54,605 nt of DNA from Auanema rhodensis (taxonomy: Eukaryota; Animalia; Nematoda): NCBI GenBank assembly GCA_964057225.1, contig CAXKVF010000104.1, forward strand, positions 1 to 54,605, given 5' to 3'. This document shows positions 40,128 through 52,624 of this stretch, one piece after another. The position numbers and the translations under genes were made by a program. The notes beneath the pieces are model-generated. The model was given only the letters and a program-made list of their open reading frames with translations, did not search any database and was not told where the DNA came from. The first letter of the stretch is position 1; every line of letters starts with the position of its first letter.

Positions 40128-43100
40128 AAAACAAATTTTTATTGATATTGGTGCATGGTAACCATGACTTTGAAATTTACGTGAACTTTAATTCATGCTA
40201 ATTAAATGTACACGTGATGTGCACTTGGTATGTAACTCGCTTCACGTGAAAGATAAAGAGATGCGGTTTTCAAAATTAGATTCCCCATGTCCATATTAGT
40301 CTAAAAACAAATTTTTATTGATATTGGTTCATGGTAACCATGACTTTGAAATTTACGTGAACTTTAATTTATGCTAATTAAATGTACACGTGATGTGCAC
40401 TTGGTATGTAACTCGCTTCACGTGAAAGATAAAGAGATGCGGTTTTCAAAATTAGATTCCCCATGTCCATATTAGTCTAAAAACAAATTTTTATTGATAT
40501 TGCTTCATGGTAACCATGACTTTGAAATTTACGTGAACTTTAATTTATGCTAATTAAATGTACACGTGATGTGCACTTGGTATGTAACTCGCTTCACGTG
40601 AAAGATAAAGAGATGCGGTTTTCAAAATTAGATTCCCCCTGTCCATATTAGTCTAAAAACAAATTTTTATTGATATTGCTTCATGGTAACCATGACTTTG
40701 AAATTTACGTGAACTTTAATTTATGCTAATTAAATGTACACGTGATGTGCACTTGGTATGTAACTCGCTTCACGTGAAAGATAAAGAGATGCGGTTTTCA
40801 AAATTAGATTCCCCATGTCCATATTAGTCTAAAAACAAATTTTTATTGATATTGCTTCATGGTAACCATGACTTTGAAATTTACGTGAACTTTAATTTAT
40901 GCTAATTAAATGTACACGTGATGTGCACTTGGTATGTAACTCGCTTCACGTGAAAGATAAAGAGATGCGGTTTTCAAAATTAGATTCCCCATGTCCATAT
41001 TAGTCTAAAAACAAATTTTTATTGATATTGGTGCATGGTAACCATGACTTTGAAATTTACGTGAACTTTAATTTATGCTAATTAAATGTACACGTGATGT
41101 GCACTTGGTATGTAACTCGCTTCACGTGAAAGATAAAGAGATGCGGTTTTCAAAATTAGATTCCCCATGTCCATATTAGTCTAAAAACAAATTTTTATTG
41201 ATATTGCTTCATGGTAACCATGACTTTGAAATTTACGTGAACTTTAATTTATGCTAATTAAATGTACACGTGATGTGCACTTGGTATGTAACTCGCTTCA
41301 CGTGAAAGATAAAGAGATGCGGTTTTCAAAATTAGATTCCCCATGTCCATATTAGTCTAAAAACAAATTTTTATTGATATTGGTGCATGGTAACCATGAC
41401 TTTGAAATTTACGTGAACTTTAATTTATGCTAATTAAATGTACACGTGATGTGCACTTGGTATGTAACTCGCTTCACGTGAAAGATAAAGAGATGCGGTT
41501 TTCAAAATTAGATTCCCCATGTCCATATTAGTCTCAAAACAAATTTTTATTGATATTGGTTCATGGTAACCATGACTTTGAAATTTACGTGAACTTTAAT
41601 TTATGCTAATTAAATGTACACGTGATGTGCACTTGGTATGTAACTCGCTTCACGTGAAAGATAAAGAGATGCGGTTTTCAAAATTAGATTTCCCATGTCC
41701 ATATTAGTCTAATAACAAATTTTTATTGATATTGCTTCATGGTAACCATGACTTTGAAATTTACGTGAACTTTAATTTATGCTAATTAAATGTACACGTG
41801 ATGTGCACTTGGTATGTAACTCGCTTCACGTGAAAGATAAAGAGATGCGGTTTTCAAAATTAGATTCCCCCTGTCCATATTAGTCTAAAAACAAATTTTT
41901 ATTGATATTGCTTCATGGTAACCATGACTTTGAAATTTACGTGAACTTTAATTTATGCTAATTAAATGTACACGTGATGTGCACTTGGTATGTAACTCGC
42001 TTCACGTGAAAGATAAAGAGATGCGGTTTTCAAAATTAGATTCCCCATGTCCATATTAGTCTAAAAACAAATTTTTATTGATATTGCTTCATGGTAACCA
42101 TGACTTTGAAATTTACGTGAACTTTAATTTATGCTAATTAAATGTACACGTGATGTGCACTTGGTATGTAACTCGCTTCACGTGAAAGATAAAGAGATGC
42201 GGTTTTCAAAATTAGATTCCCCATGTCCATATTAGTCTAAAAACAAATTTTTATTGATATTGGTGCATGGTAACCATGACTTTGAAATTTACGTGAACTT
42301 TAATTTATGCTAATTAAATGTACACGTGATGTGCACTTGGTATGTAACTCGCTTCACGTGAAAGATAAAGAGATGCGGTTTTCAAAATTAGATTCCCCAT
42401 GTCCATATTAGTCTCAAAACAAATTTTTATTGATATTGGTTCATGGTAACCATGACTTTGAAATTTACGTGAACTTTAATTTATGCTAATTAAATGTACA
42501 CGTGATGTGCACTTGGTATGTAACTCGCTTCACGTGAAAGATAAAGAGATGCGGTTTTCAAAATTAGATTCCCCATGTCCATATTAGTCTCAAAACAAAT
42601 TTTTATTGATATTGGTTCATGGTAACCATGACTTTGAAATTTACGTGAACTTTAATTTATGCTAATTAAATGTACACGTGATGTGCACTTGGTATGTAAC
42701 TCGCTTCAAGTGAAAGATAAAGAGATGCGGTTTTCAAAATTAGATTCCCCATGTCCATATTAGTCTAAAAACAAATTTTTATTGATATTGCTTCATGGTA
42801 ACCATGACTTTGAAATTTACGTGAACTTTAATTTATGCTAATTAAATGTACACGTGATGTGCACTTGGTATGTAACTCGCTTCACGTGAAAGATAAAGAG
42901 ATGCGGTTTTCAAAATTAGATTCCCCATGTCCATATTAGTCTAAAAACAAATTTTTATTGATATTGCTTCATGGTAACCATGACTTTGAAATTTACGTGA
43001 ACTTTAATTTATGCTAATTAAATGTACACGTGATGTGCACTTGGTATGTAACTCGCTTCACGTGAAAGATAAAGAGATGCGGTTTTCAAAATTAGATTCC

Positions 43101-46100
43101 CCATGTCCATATTAGTCTAAAAACAAATTTTTATTGATATTGGTTCATGGTAACCATGACTTTGAAATTTACGTGAACTTTAATTTATGCTAATTAAATG
43201 TACACGTGATGTGCACTTGGTATGTAACTCGCTTCACGTGAAAGATAAAGAGATGCGGTTTTCAAAATTAGATTCCCCATGTCCATATTAGTCTAAAAAC
43301 AAATTTTTATTGATATTGCTTCATGGTAACCATGACTTTGAAATTTACGTGAACTTTAATTTATGCTAATTAAATGTACACGTGATGTGCACTTGGTATG
43401 TAACTCGCTTCACGTGAAAGATAAAGAGATGCGGTTTTCAAAATTAGATTCCCCATGTCCATATTAGTCTAAAAACAAATTTTTATTGATATTGGTGCAT
43501 GGTAACCATGACTTTGAAATTTACGTGAACTTTAATTTATGCTAATTAAATGTACACGTGATGTGCACTTGGTATGTAACTCGCTTCACGTGAAAGATAA
43601 AGAGATGCGGTTTTCAAAATTAGATTCCCCATGTCCATATTAGTCTCAAAACAAATTTTTATTGATATTGGTTCATGGTAACCATGACTTTGAAATTTAC
43701 GTGAACTTTAATTTATGCTAATTAAATGTACACGTGATGTGCACTTGGTATGTAACTCGCTTCACGTGAAAGATAAAGAGATGCGGTTTTCAAAATTAGA
43801 TTTCCCATGTCCATATTAGTCTAAAAACAAATTTTTATTGATATTGCTTCATGGTAACCATGACTTTGAAATTTACGTGAACTTTAATTTATGCTAATTA
43901 AATGTACACGTGATGTGCACTTGGTATGTAACTCGCTTCACGTGAAAGATAAAGAGATGCGGTTTTCAAAATTAGATTCCCCCTGTCCATATTAGTCTAA
44001 AAACAAATTTTTATTGATATTGCTTCATGGTAACCATGACTTTGAAATTTACGTAAACTTTAATTTATGCTAATTAAATGTACACGTGATGTGCACTTGG
44101 TATGTAACTCGCTTCACGTGAAAGATAAAGAGATGCGGTTTTCAAAATTAGATTCCCCATGTCCATATTAGTCTCAAAACAAATTTTTATTGATATTGGT
44201 TCATGGTAACCATGACTTTGAAATTTACGTGAACTTTAATTTATGCTAATTAAATGTACACGTGATGTGCACTTGGTATGTAACTCGCTTCACGTGAAAG
44301 ATAAAGAGATGCGGTTTTCAAAATTAGATTCCCCATGTCCATATTAGTCTAAAAACAAATTTTTATTGATATTGCTTCATGGTAACCATGACTTTGAAAT
44401 TTACGTGAACTTTAATTTATGCTAATTAAATGTACACGTGATGTGCACTTGGTATGTAACTCGCTTCACGTGAAAGATAAAGAGATGCGGTTTTCAAAAT
44501 TAGATTCCCCATGTCCATATTAGTCTAAAAACAAATTTTTATTGATATTGGTGCATGGTAACCATGACTTTGAAATTTACGTGAACTTTAATTTATGCTA
44601 ATTAAATGTACACGTGATGTGCACTTGGTATGTAACTCGCTTCACGTGAAAGATAAAGAGATGCGGTTTTCAAAATTAGATTCCCCATGTCCATATTAGT
44701 CTAAAAACAAATTTTTATTGATATTGCTTCATGGTAACCATGACTTTGAAATTTACGTGAACTTTAATTTATGCTAATTAAATGTACACGTGATGTGCAC
44801 TTGGTATGTAACTCGCTTCACGTGAAAGATAAAGAGATGCGGTTTTCAAAATTAGATTCCCCATGTCCATATTAGTCTCAAAACAAATTTTTATCGATAT
44901 TGGTTCATGGTAACCATGACTTTGAAATTTACGTGAACTTTAATTTATGCTAATTAAATGTACACGTGATGTGCACTTGGTATGTAACTCGCTTCATGTG
45001 AAAGATAAAGAGATGCGGTTTTCAAAATTAGATTCCCCATGTCCATATTAGTCTAAAAACAAATTTTTATTGATATTGCTTCATGGTAACCATGACTTTG
45101 AAATTTACGTGAACTTTAATTTATGCTAATTAAATGTACACGTGATGTGCACTTGGTATGTAACTCGCTTCACGTGAAAGATAAAGAGATGCGGTTTTCA
45201 AAATTAGATTCCCCATGTCCATATTAGTCTAAAAACAAATTTTTATTGATATTGCTTCATGGTAACCATGACTTTGAAATTTACGTGAACTTTAATTTAT
45301 GCTAATTAAATGTACACGTGATGTGCACTTGGTATGTAACTCGCTTCACGTGAAAGATAAAGAGATGCGGTTTTCAAAATTAGATTCCCCATGTCCATAT
45401 TAGTCTAAAAACAAATTTTTATTGATATTGGTTCATGGTAACCATGACTTTGAAATTTACGTGAACTTTAATTTATGCTAATTAAATGTACACGTGATGT
45501 GCACTTGGTATGTAACTCGCTTCACGTGAAAGATAAAGAGATGCGGTTTTCAAAATTAGATTCCCCATGTCCATATTAGTCTAAAAACAAATTTTTATTG
45601 ATATTGGTGCATGGTAACCATGACTTTGAAATTTACGTGAACTTTAATTTATGCTAATTAAATGTACACGTGATGTGCACTTGGTATGTAACTCGCTTCA
45701 CGTGAAAGATAAAGAGATGCGGTTTTCAAAATTAGATTTCCCATGTCCATATTAGTCTAAAAACAAATTTTTATTGATATTGGTTCATGGTAACCATGAC
45801 TTTGAAATTTACGTGAACTTTAATTTATGCTAATTAAATGTACACGTGATGTGCACTTGGTATGTAACTCGCTTCACGTGAAAGATAAAGAGATGCGGTT
45901 TTCAAAATTAGATTCCCCATGTCCATATTAGTCTAAAAACAAATTTTTATTGATATTGCTTCATGGTAACCATGACTTTGAAATTTACGTGAACTTTAAT
46001 TTATGCTAATTAAATGTACACGTGATGTGCACTTGGTATGTAACTCGCTTCACGTGAAAGATAAAGAGATGCGGTTTTCAAAATTAGATTCCCCATGTCC

Positions 46101-48047
46101 ATATTAGTCTAAAAACAAATTTTTATTGATATTGGTGCATGGTAACCATGACTTTGAAATTTACGTGAACTTTAATTTATGCTAATTAAATGTACACGTG
46201 ATGTGCACTTGGTATGTAACTCGCTTCACGTGAAAGATAAAGAGATGCGGTTTTCAAAATTAGATTTCCCATGTCCATATTAGTCTCAAAACAAATTTTT
46301 ATTGATATTGGTTCATGGTAACCATGACTTTGAAATTTACGTGAACTTTAATTTATGCTAATTAAATGTACACGTGATGTGCACTTGGTATGTAACTCGC
46401 TTCACGTGAAAGATAAAGAGATGCGGTTTTCAAAATTAGATTCCCCATGTCCATATTAGTCTCAAAACAAATTTTTATTGATATTGGTTCATGGTAACCA
46501 TGACTTTGAAATTTACGTGAACTTTAATTTATGCTAATTAAATGTACACGTGATGTGCACTTGGTATGTAACTCGCTTCACGTGAAAGATAAAGAGATGC
46601 GGTTTTCAAAATTAGATTCCCCATGTCCATATTAGTCTAAAAACAAATTTTTATTGATATTGCTTCATGGTAACCATGACTTTGAAATTTACGTGAACTT
46701 TAATTTATGCTAATTAAATGTACACGTGATGTGCACTTGGTATGTAACTCGCTTCACGTGAAAGATAAAGAGATGCGGTTTTCAAAATTAGATTCCCCAT
46801 GTCCATATTAGTCTAAAAACAAATTTTTATTGATATTGCTTCATGGTAACCATGACTTTGAAATTTACGTGAACTTTAATTTATGCTAATTAAATGTACA
46901 CGTGATGTGCACTTGGTATGTAACTCGCTTCACGTGAAAGATAAAGAGATGCGGTTTTCAAAATTAGATTCCCCATGTCCATATTAGTCTAAAAACAAAT
47001 TTTTATTGATATTGGTTCATGGTAACCATGACTTTGAAAATTACGTGAACTTTAATTTATGCTAATTAAATGTACACGTGATGTGCACTTGGTATGTAAC
47101 TCGCTTCACGTGAAAGATAAAGAGATGCGGTTTTCAAAATTAGATTCCCCATGTCCATATTAGTCTAAAAACAAATTTTTATTGATATTGCTTCATGGTA
47201 ACCATGACTTTGAAATTTACGTGAACTTTAATTTATGCTAATTAAATGTACACGTGATGTGCACTTGGTATGTAACTCGCTTCACGTGAAAGATAAAGAG
47301 ATGCGGTTTTCAAAATTAGATTCCCCATGTCCATATTAGTCTAAAAACAAATTTTTATTGATATTGCTTCATGGTAACCATGACTTTGAAATTTACGTGA
47401 ACTTTAATTTATGCTAATTAAATGTACACGTGATGTGCACTTGGTATGTAACTCGCTTCACGTGAAAGATAAAGAGATGCGGTTTTCAAAATTAGATTCC
47501 CCATGTCCATATTAGTCTAAAAACAAATTTTTATTGATATTGGTGCATGGTAACCATGACTTTGAAATTTACGTGAACTTTAATTTATGCTAATTAAATG
47601 TACACGTGATGTGCACTTGGTATGTACCTCGCTTCACGTGAAAGATAAAGAGATGCGGTTTTCAAAATTAGATTCCCCATGTCCATATTAGTCTCAAAAC
47701 AAATTTTTATTGATATTGGTTCATGGTAACCATGACTTTGAAATTTACGTGAACTTTAATTTATGTTAATTAAATGTACACGTGATGTGCACTTGGTATG
47801 TAACTCGCTTCACGTGAAAGATAAAGAGATGCGGTTTTCAAAATTAGATTCCCCGTGTCCATATTAGTCTCAAAACAAATTTTTATTGATATTGGTTCAT
47901 GGTAACCATGACTTTGAAATTTACGTGAACTTTAATTTATGCTAATTAAATGTACACGTGATGTGCACTTGGTATGTAACTCGCTTCACGTGAAAGATAA
48001 AGAGATGCGGTTTTCAAAATTAGATTCCCCCTGTCCATATTAGTCTA

Positions 48048-51000
48048 AAAACAAATTTTTATTGATATTGCTTCATGGTAACCATGACTTTGAAATTTAC
48101 GTGAACTTTAATTTATGCTAATTAAATGTACACGTGATGTGCACTTGGTATGTAACTCATTTCACGTGAAAGATAAAGAGATGCGGTTTTCAAAATTAGA
48201 TTCCCCATGTCCATATTAGTCTAAAAACAAATTTTTATTGATATTGCTTCATGGTAACCATGACTTTGAAATTTACGTGAACTTTAATTTATGCTAATTA
48301 AATGTACACGTGATGTGCACTTGGTATGTAACTCGCTTCACGTGAAAGATAAAGAGATGCGGTTTTCAAAATTAGATTCCCCATGTCCATATTAGTCTAA
48401 AAACAAATTTTTATTGATATTGGTGCATGGTAACCATGACTTTGAAATTTACGTGAACTTTAATTTATGCTAATTAAATGTACACGTGATGTGCACTTGG
48501 TATGTAACTCGCTTCACGTGAAAGATAAAGAGATGCGGTTTTCAAAATTAGATTCCCCATGTCCATATTAGTCTCAAAACAAATTTTTATTGATATTGGT
48601 TCATGGTAACCATGACTTTGAAATTTACGTGAACTTTAATTTATGCTAATTAAATGTACACGTGATGTGCACTTGGTATGTAACTCGCTTCACGTGAAAG
48701 ATAAAGAGATGCGGTTTTCAAAATTAGATTCCCCATGTCCATATTAGTCTAAAAACAAATTTTTATTGATATTGCTTCATGGTAACCATGACTTTGAAAT
48801 TTACGTGAACTTTAATTTATGCTAATTAAATGTACAAGTGATGTGCACTTGGTATGTAACTCGCTTCACGTGAAAGATAAAGAGATGCGGTTTTCAAAAT
48901 TAGATTCCCCATGTCCATATTAGTCTAAAAACAAATTTTTATTGATATTGGTGCATGGTAACCATGACTTTGAAATTTACGTGAACTTTAATTTATGCTA
49001 ATTAAATGTACACGTGATGTGCACTTGGTATGTAACTCGCTTCACGTGAAAGATAAAGAGATGCGGTTTTCAAAATTAGATTCCCCATGTCCATATTAGT
49101 CTAAAAACAAATTTTTATTGATATTGGTGCATGGTAACCATGACTTTGAAATTTACGTGAACTTTAATTTATGCTAATTAAATGTACACGTGATGTGCAC
49201 TTGGTATGTAACTCGCTTCACGTGAAAGATAAAGAGATGCGGTTTTCAAAATTAGATTCCCCATGTCCATATTAGTCTAAAAACAAATTTTTATTGATAT
49301 TGGTTCATGGTAACCATGACTTTGAAATTTACGTGAACTTTAATTTATGCTAATTAAATGTACACGTGATGTGCACTTGGTATGTAACTCGCTTCACGTG
49401 AAAGAAGAAGAGATGCGGTTTTCAAAATTAGATTCCCCATGTCCATATTAGTCTAAAAACAAATTTTTATTGATATTGGTTCATGGTAACCATGACTTTC
49501 AAATTTACGTGAACTTTAATTTATGCTAATTAAATGTACACGTGATGTGCACTTGGTATGTAACTCGCTTCACGTGAAAGATAAAGAGATGCGGTTTTCA
49601 AAATTAGATTCCCCATGTCCATATTAGTTTCAAAACAAATTTTTATTGATATTGGTGCATGGTAACCATGACTTTGAAATTTACGTGAACTTTAATTTAT
49701 GCTAATTAAATGTACACGTGATGTGCACTTGGTATGTAACTCGCTTCACGTGAAAGATAAAGAGATGCGGTTTTCAAAATTAGATTCCCCATGTCCATAT
49801 TAGTCTAAAAACAAATTTTTATTGATATTGGTTCATGGTAACCATGACTTTGAAATTTACGTGAACTTTAATTTATGCTAATTAAATGTACACGTGATGT
49901 GCACTTGGTATGTAACTCGCTTCACGTGAAAGAAGAAGAGATGCGGTTTTCAAAATTAGATTCCCCATGTCCATATTAGTCTAAAAACAAATTTTAATTG
50001 ATATTGGTTCATGGTAACCATGACTTTGAAATTTACGTGAACTTTAATTTATGCTAATTAAATGTACACGTGATGTGCACTTGGTATGTAACTCGCTTCA
50101 CGTGAAAGATAAAGAGATGCGGTTTTCAAAATTAGATTCCCCATGTCCATATTAGTCTAAAAACAAATTTTTATTGATATTGGTGCATGGTAACCATGAC
50201 TTTGAAATTTACGTGAACTTTAATTTATGCTAATTAAATGTACACGTGATGTGCACTTGGTATGTAACTCGCTTCACGTGAAAGATAAAGAGATGCGGTT
50301 TTCAAAATTAGATTCCCCCTGTCCATATTAGTCTAAAAACAAATTTTTATTGATATTGCTTCATGGTAACCATGACTTTGAAATTTACGTGAACTTTAAT
50401 TTATGCTAATTAAATGTACACGTGATGTGCACTTGGTATGTAACTCATTTCACGTGAAAGATAAAGAGATGCGGTTTTCAAAATTAGATTCCCCATGTCC
50501 ATATTAGTCTAAAAACAAATTTTTATTGATATTGCTTCATGGTAACCATGACTTTGAAATTTACGTGAACTTTAATTTATGCTAATTAAATGTACACGTG
50601 ATGTGCACTTGGTATGTAACTCGCTTCACGTGAAAGATAAAGAGATGCGGTTTTCAAAATTAGATTCCCCATGTCCATATTAGTCTAAAAACAAATTTTT
50701 ATTGATATTGGTGCATGGTAACCATGACTTTGAAATTTACGTGAACTTTAATTTATGCTAATTAAATGTACACGTGATGTGCACTTGGTATGTAACTCGC
50801 TTCACGTGAAAGATAAAGAGATGCGGTTTTCAAAATTAGATTCCCCATGTCCATATTAGTCTCAAAACAAATTTTTATTGATATTGGTTCATGGTAACCA
50901 TGACTTTGAAATTTACGTGAACTTTAATTTATGCTAATTAAATGTACACGTGATGTGCACTTGGTATGTAACTCGCTTCACGTGAAAGATAAAGAGATGC

Positions 51001-52624
51001 GGTTTTCAAAATTAGATTCCCCATGTCCATATTAGTCTAAAAACAAATTTTTATTGATATTGCTTCATGGTAACCATGACTTTGAAATTTACGTGAACTT
51101 TAATTTATGCTAATTAAATGTACACGTGATGTGCACTTGGTATGTAACTCGCTTCACGTGAAAGATAAAGAGATGCGGTTTTCAAAATTAGATTCCCCAT
51201 GTCCATATTAGTCTAAAAACAAATTTTTATTGATATGCGTGCATGGTAACCATGACTTTGAAATTTACGTGAACTTTAATTTATGCTAATTAAATGTACA
51301 CGTGATGTGCACTTGGTATGTAACTCGCTTCACGTGAAAGATAAAGAGATGCGGTTTTCAAAATTAGATTCCCCATGTCCATATTAGTCTAAAAACAAAT
51401 TTTTATTGATATTGGTGCATGGTAACCATGACTTTGAAATTTACGTGAACTTTAATTTATGCTAATTAAATGTACACGTGATGTGCACTTGGTATGTAAC
51501 TCGCTTCACGTGAAAGATAAAGAGATGCGGTTTTCAAAATTAGATTCCCCATGTCCATATTAGTCTAAAAACAAATTTTTATTGATATTGGTTCATGGTA
51601 ACCATGACTTTGAAATTTACGTGAACTTTAATTTATGCTAATTAAATGTACACGTGATGTGCACTTGGTATGTAACTCGCTTCACGTGAAAGAAGAAGAG
51701 ATGCGGTTTTCAAAATTAGATTCCCCATGTCCATATTAGTCTAAAAACAAATTTTTATTGATATTGGTTCATGGTAACCATGACTTTCAAATTTACGTGA
51801 ACTTTAATTTATGCTAATTAAATGTACACGTGATGTGCACTTGGTATGTAACTCGCTTCACGTGAAAGATAAAGAGATGCGGTTTTCAAAATTAGATTCC
51901 CCATGTCCATATTAGTTTAAAAACAAATTTTTATTGATATTGGTGCATGGTAACCATGACTTTGAAATTTACGTGAACTTTAATTTATGCTAATTAAATG
52001 TACACGTGATGTGCACTTGGTATGTAACTCGCTTCACGTGAAAGATAAAGAGATGCGGTTTTCAAAATTAGATTCCCCATGTCCATATTAGTCTAAAAAC
52101 AAATTTTTATTGATATTGGTTCATGGTAACCATGACTTTGAAATTTACGTGAACTTTAATTTATGCTAATTAAATGTACACGTGATGTGCACTTGGTATG
52201 TAACTCGCTTCACGTGAAAGAAGAAGAGATGCGGTTTTCAAAATTAGATTCCCCATGTCCATATTAGTCTAAAAACAAATTTTAATTGATATTGGTTCAT
52301 GGTAACCATGACTTTGAAATTTACGTGAACTTTAATTTATGCTAATTAAATGTACACGTGATGTGCACTTGGTATGTAACTCGCTTCACGTGAAAGATAA
52401 AGAGATGCGGTTTTCAAAATTAGATTCCCCATGTCCATATTAGTCTAAAAACAAATTTTTATTGATATTGGTGCATGGTAACCATGACTTTGAAATTTAC
52501 GTGAACTTTAATTTATGCTAATTAAATGTACACGTGATGTGCACTTGGTATGTAACTCGCTTCACGTGAAAGATAAAGAGATGCGGTTTTCAAAATTAGA
52601 TTTTTCCATGTCCATATTAGTCTA
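48048..52624. repeat. Tandem 13-mer higher-order duplication (2288 bp period)
   Basis: CTCATTT at 48159/50447. GAAGAAG pairs, CTTTCAAA, AGTTT and TTTTAATT variants all repeat 2288 bp downstream. Confidence 0.9.
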
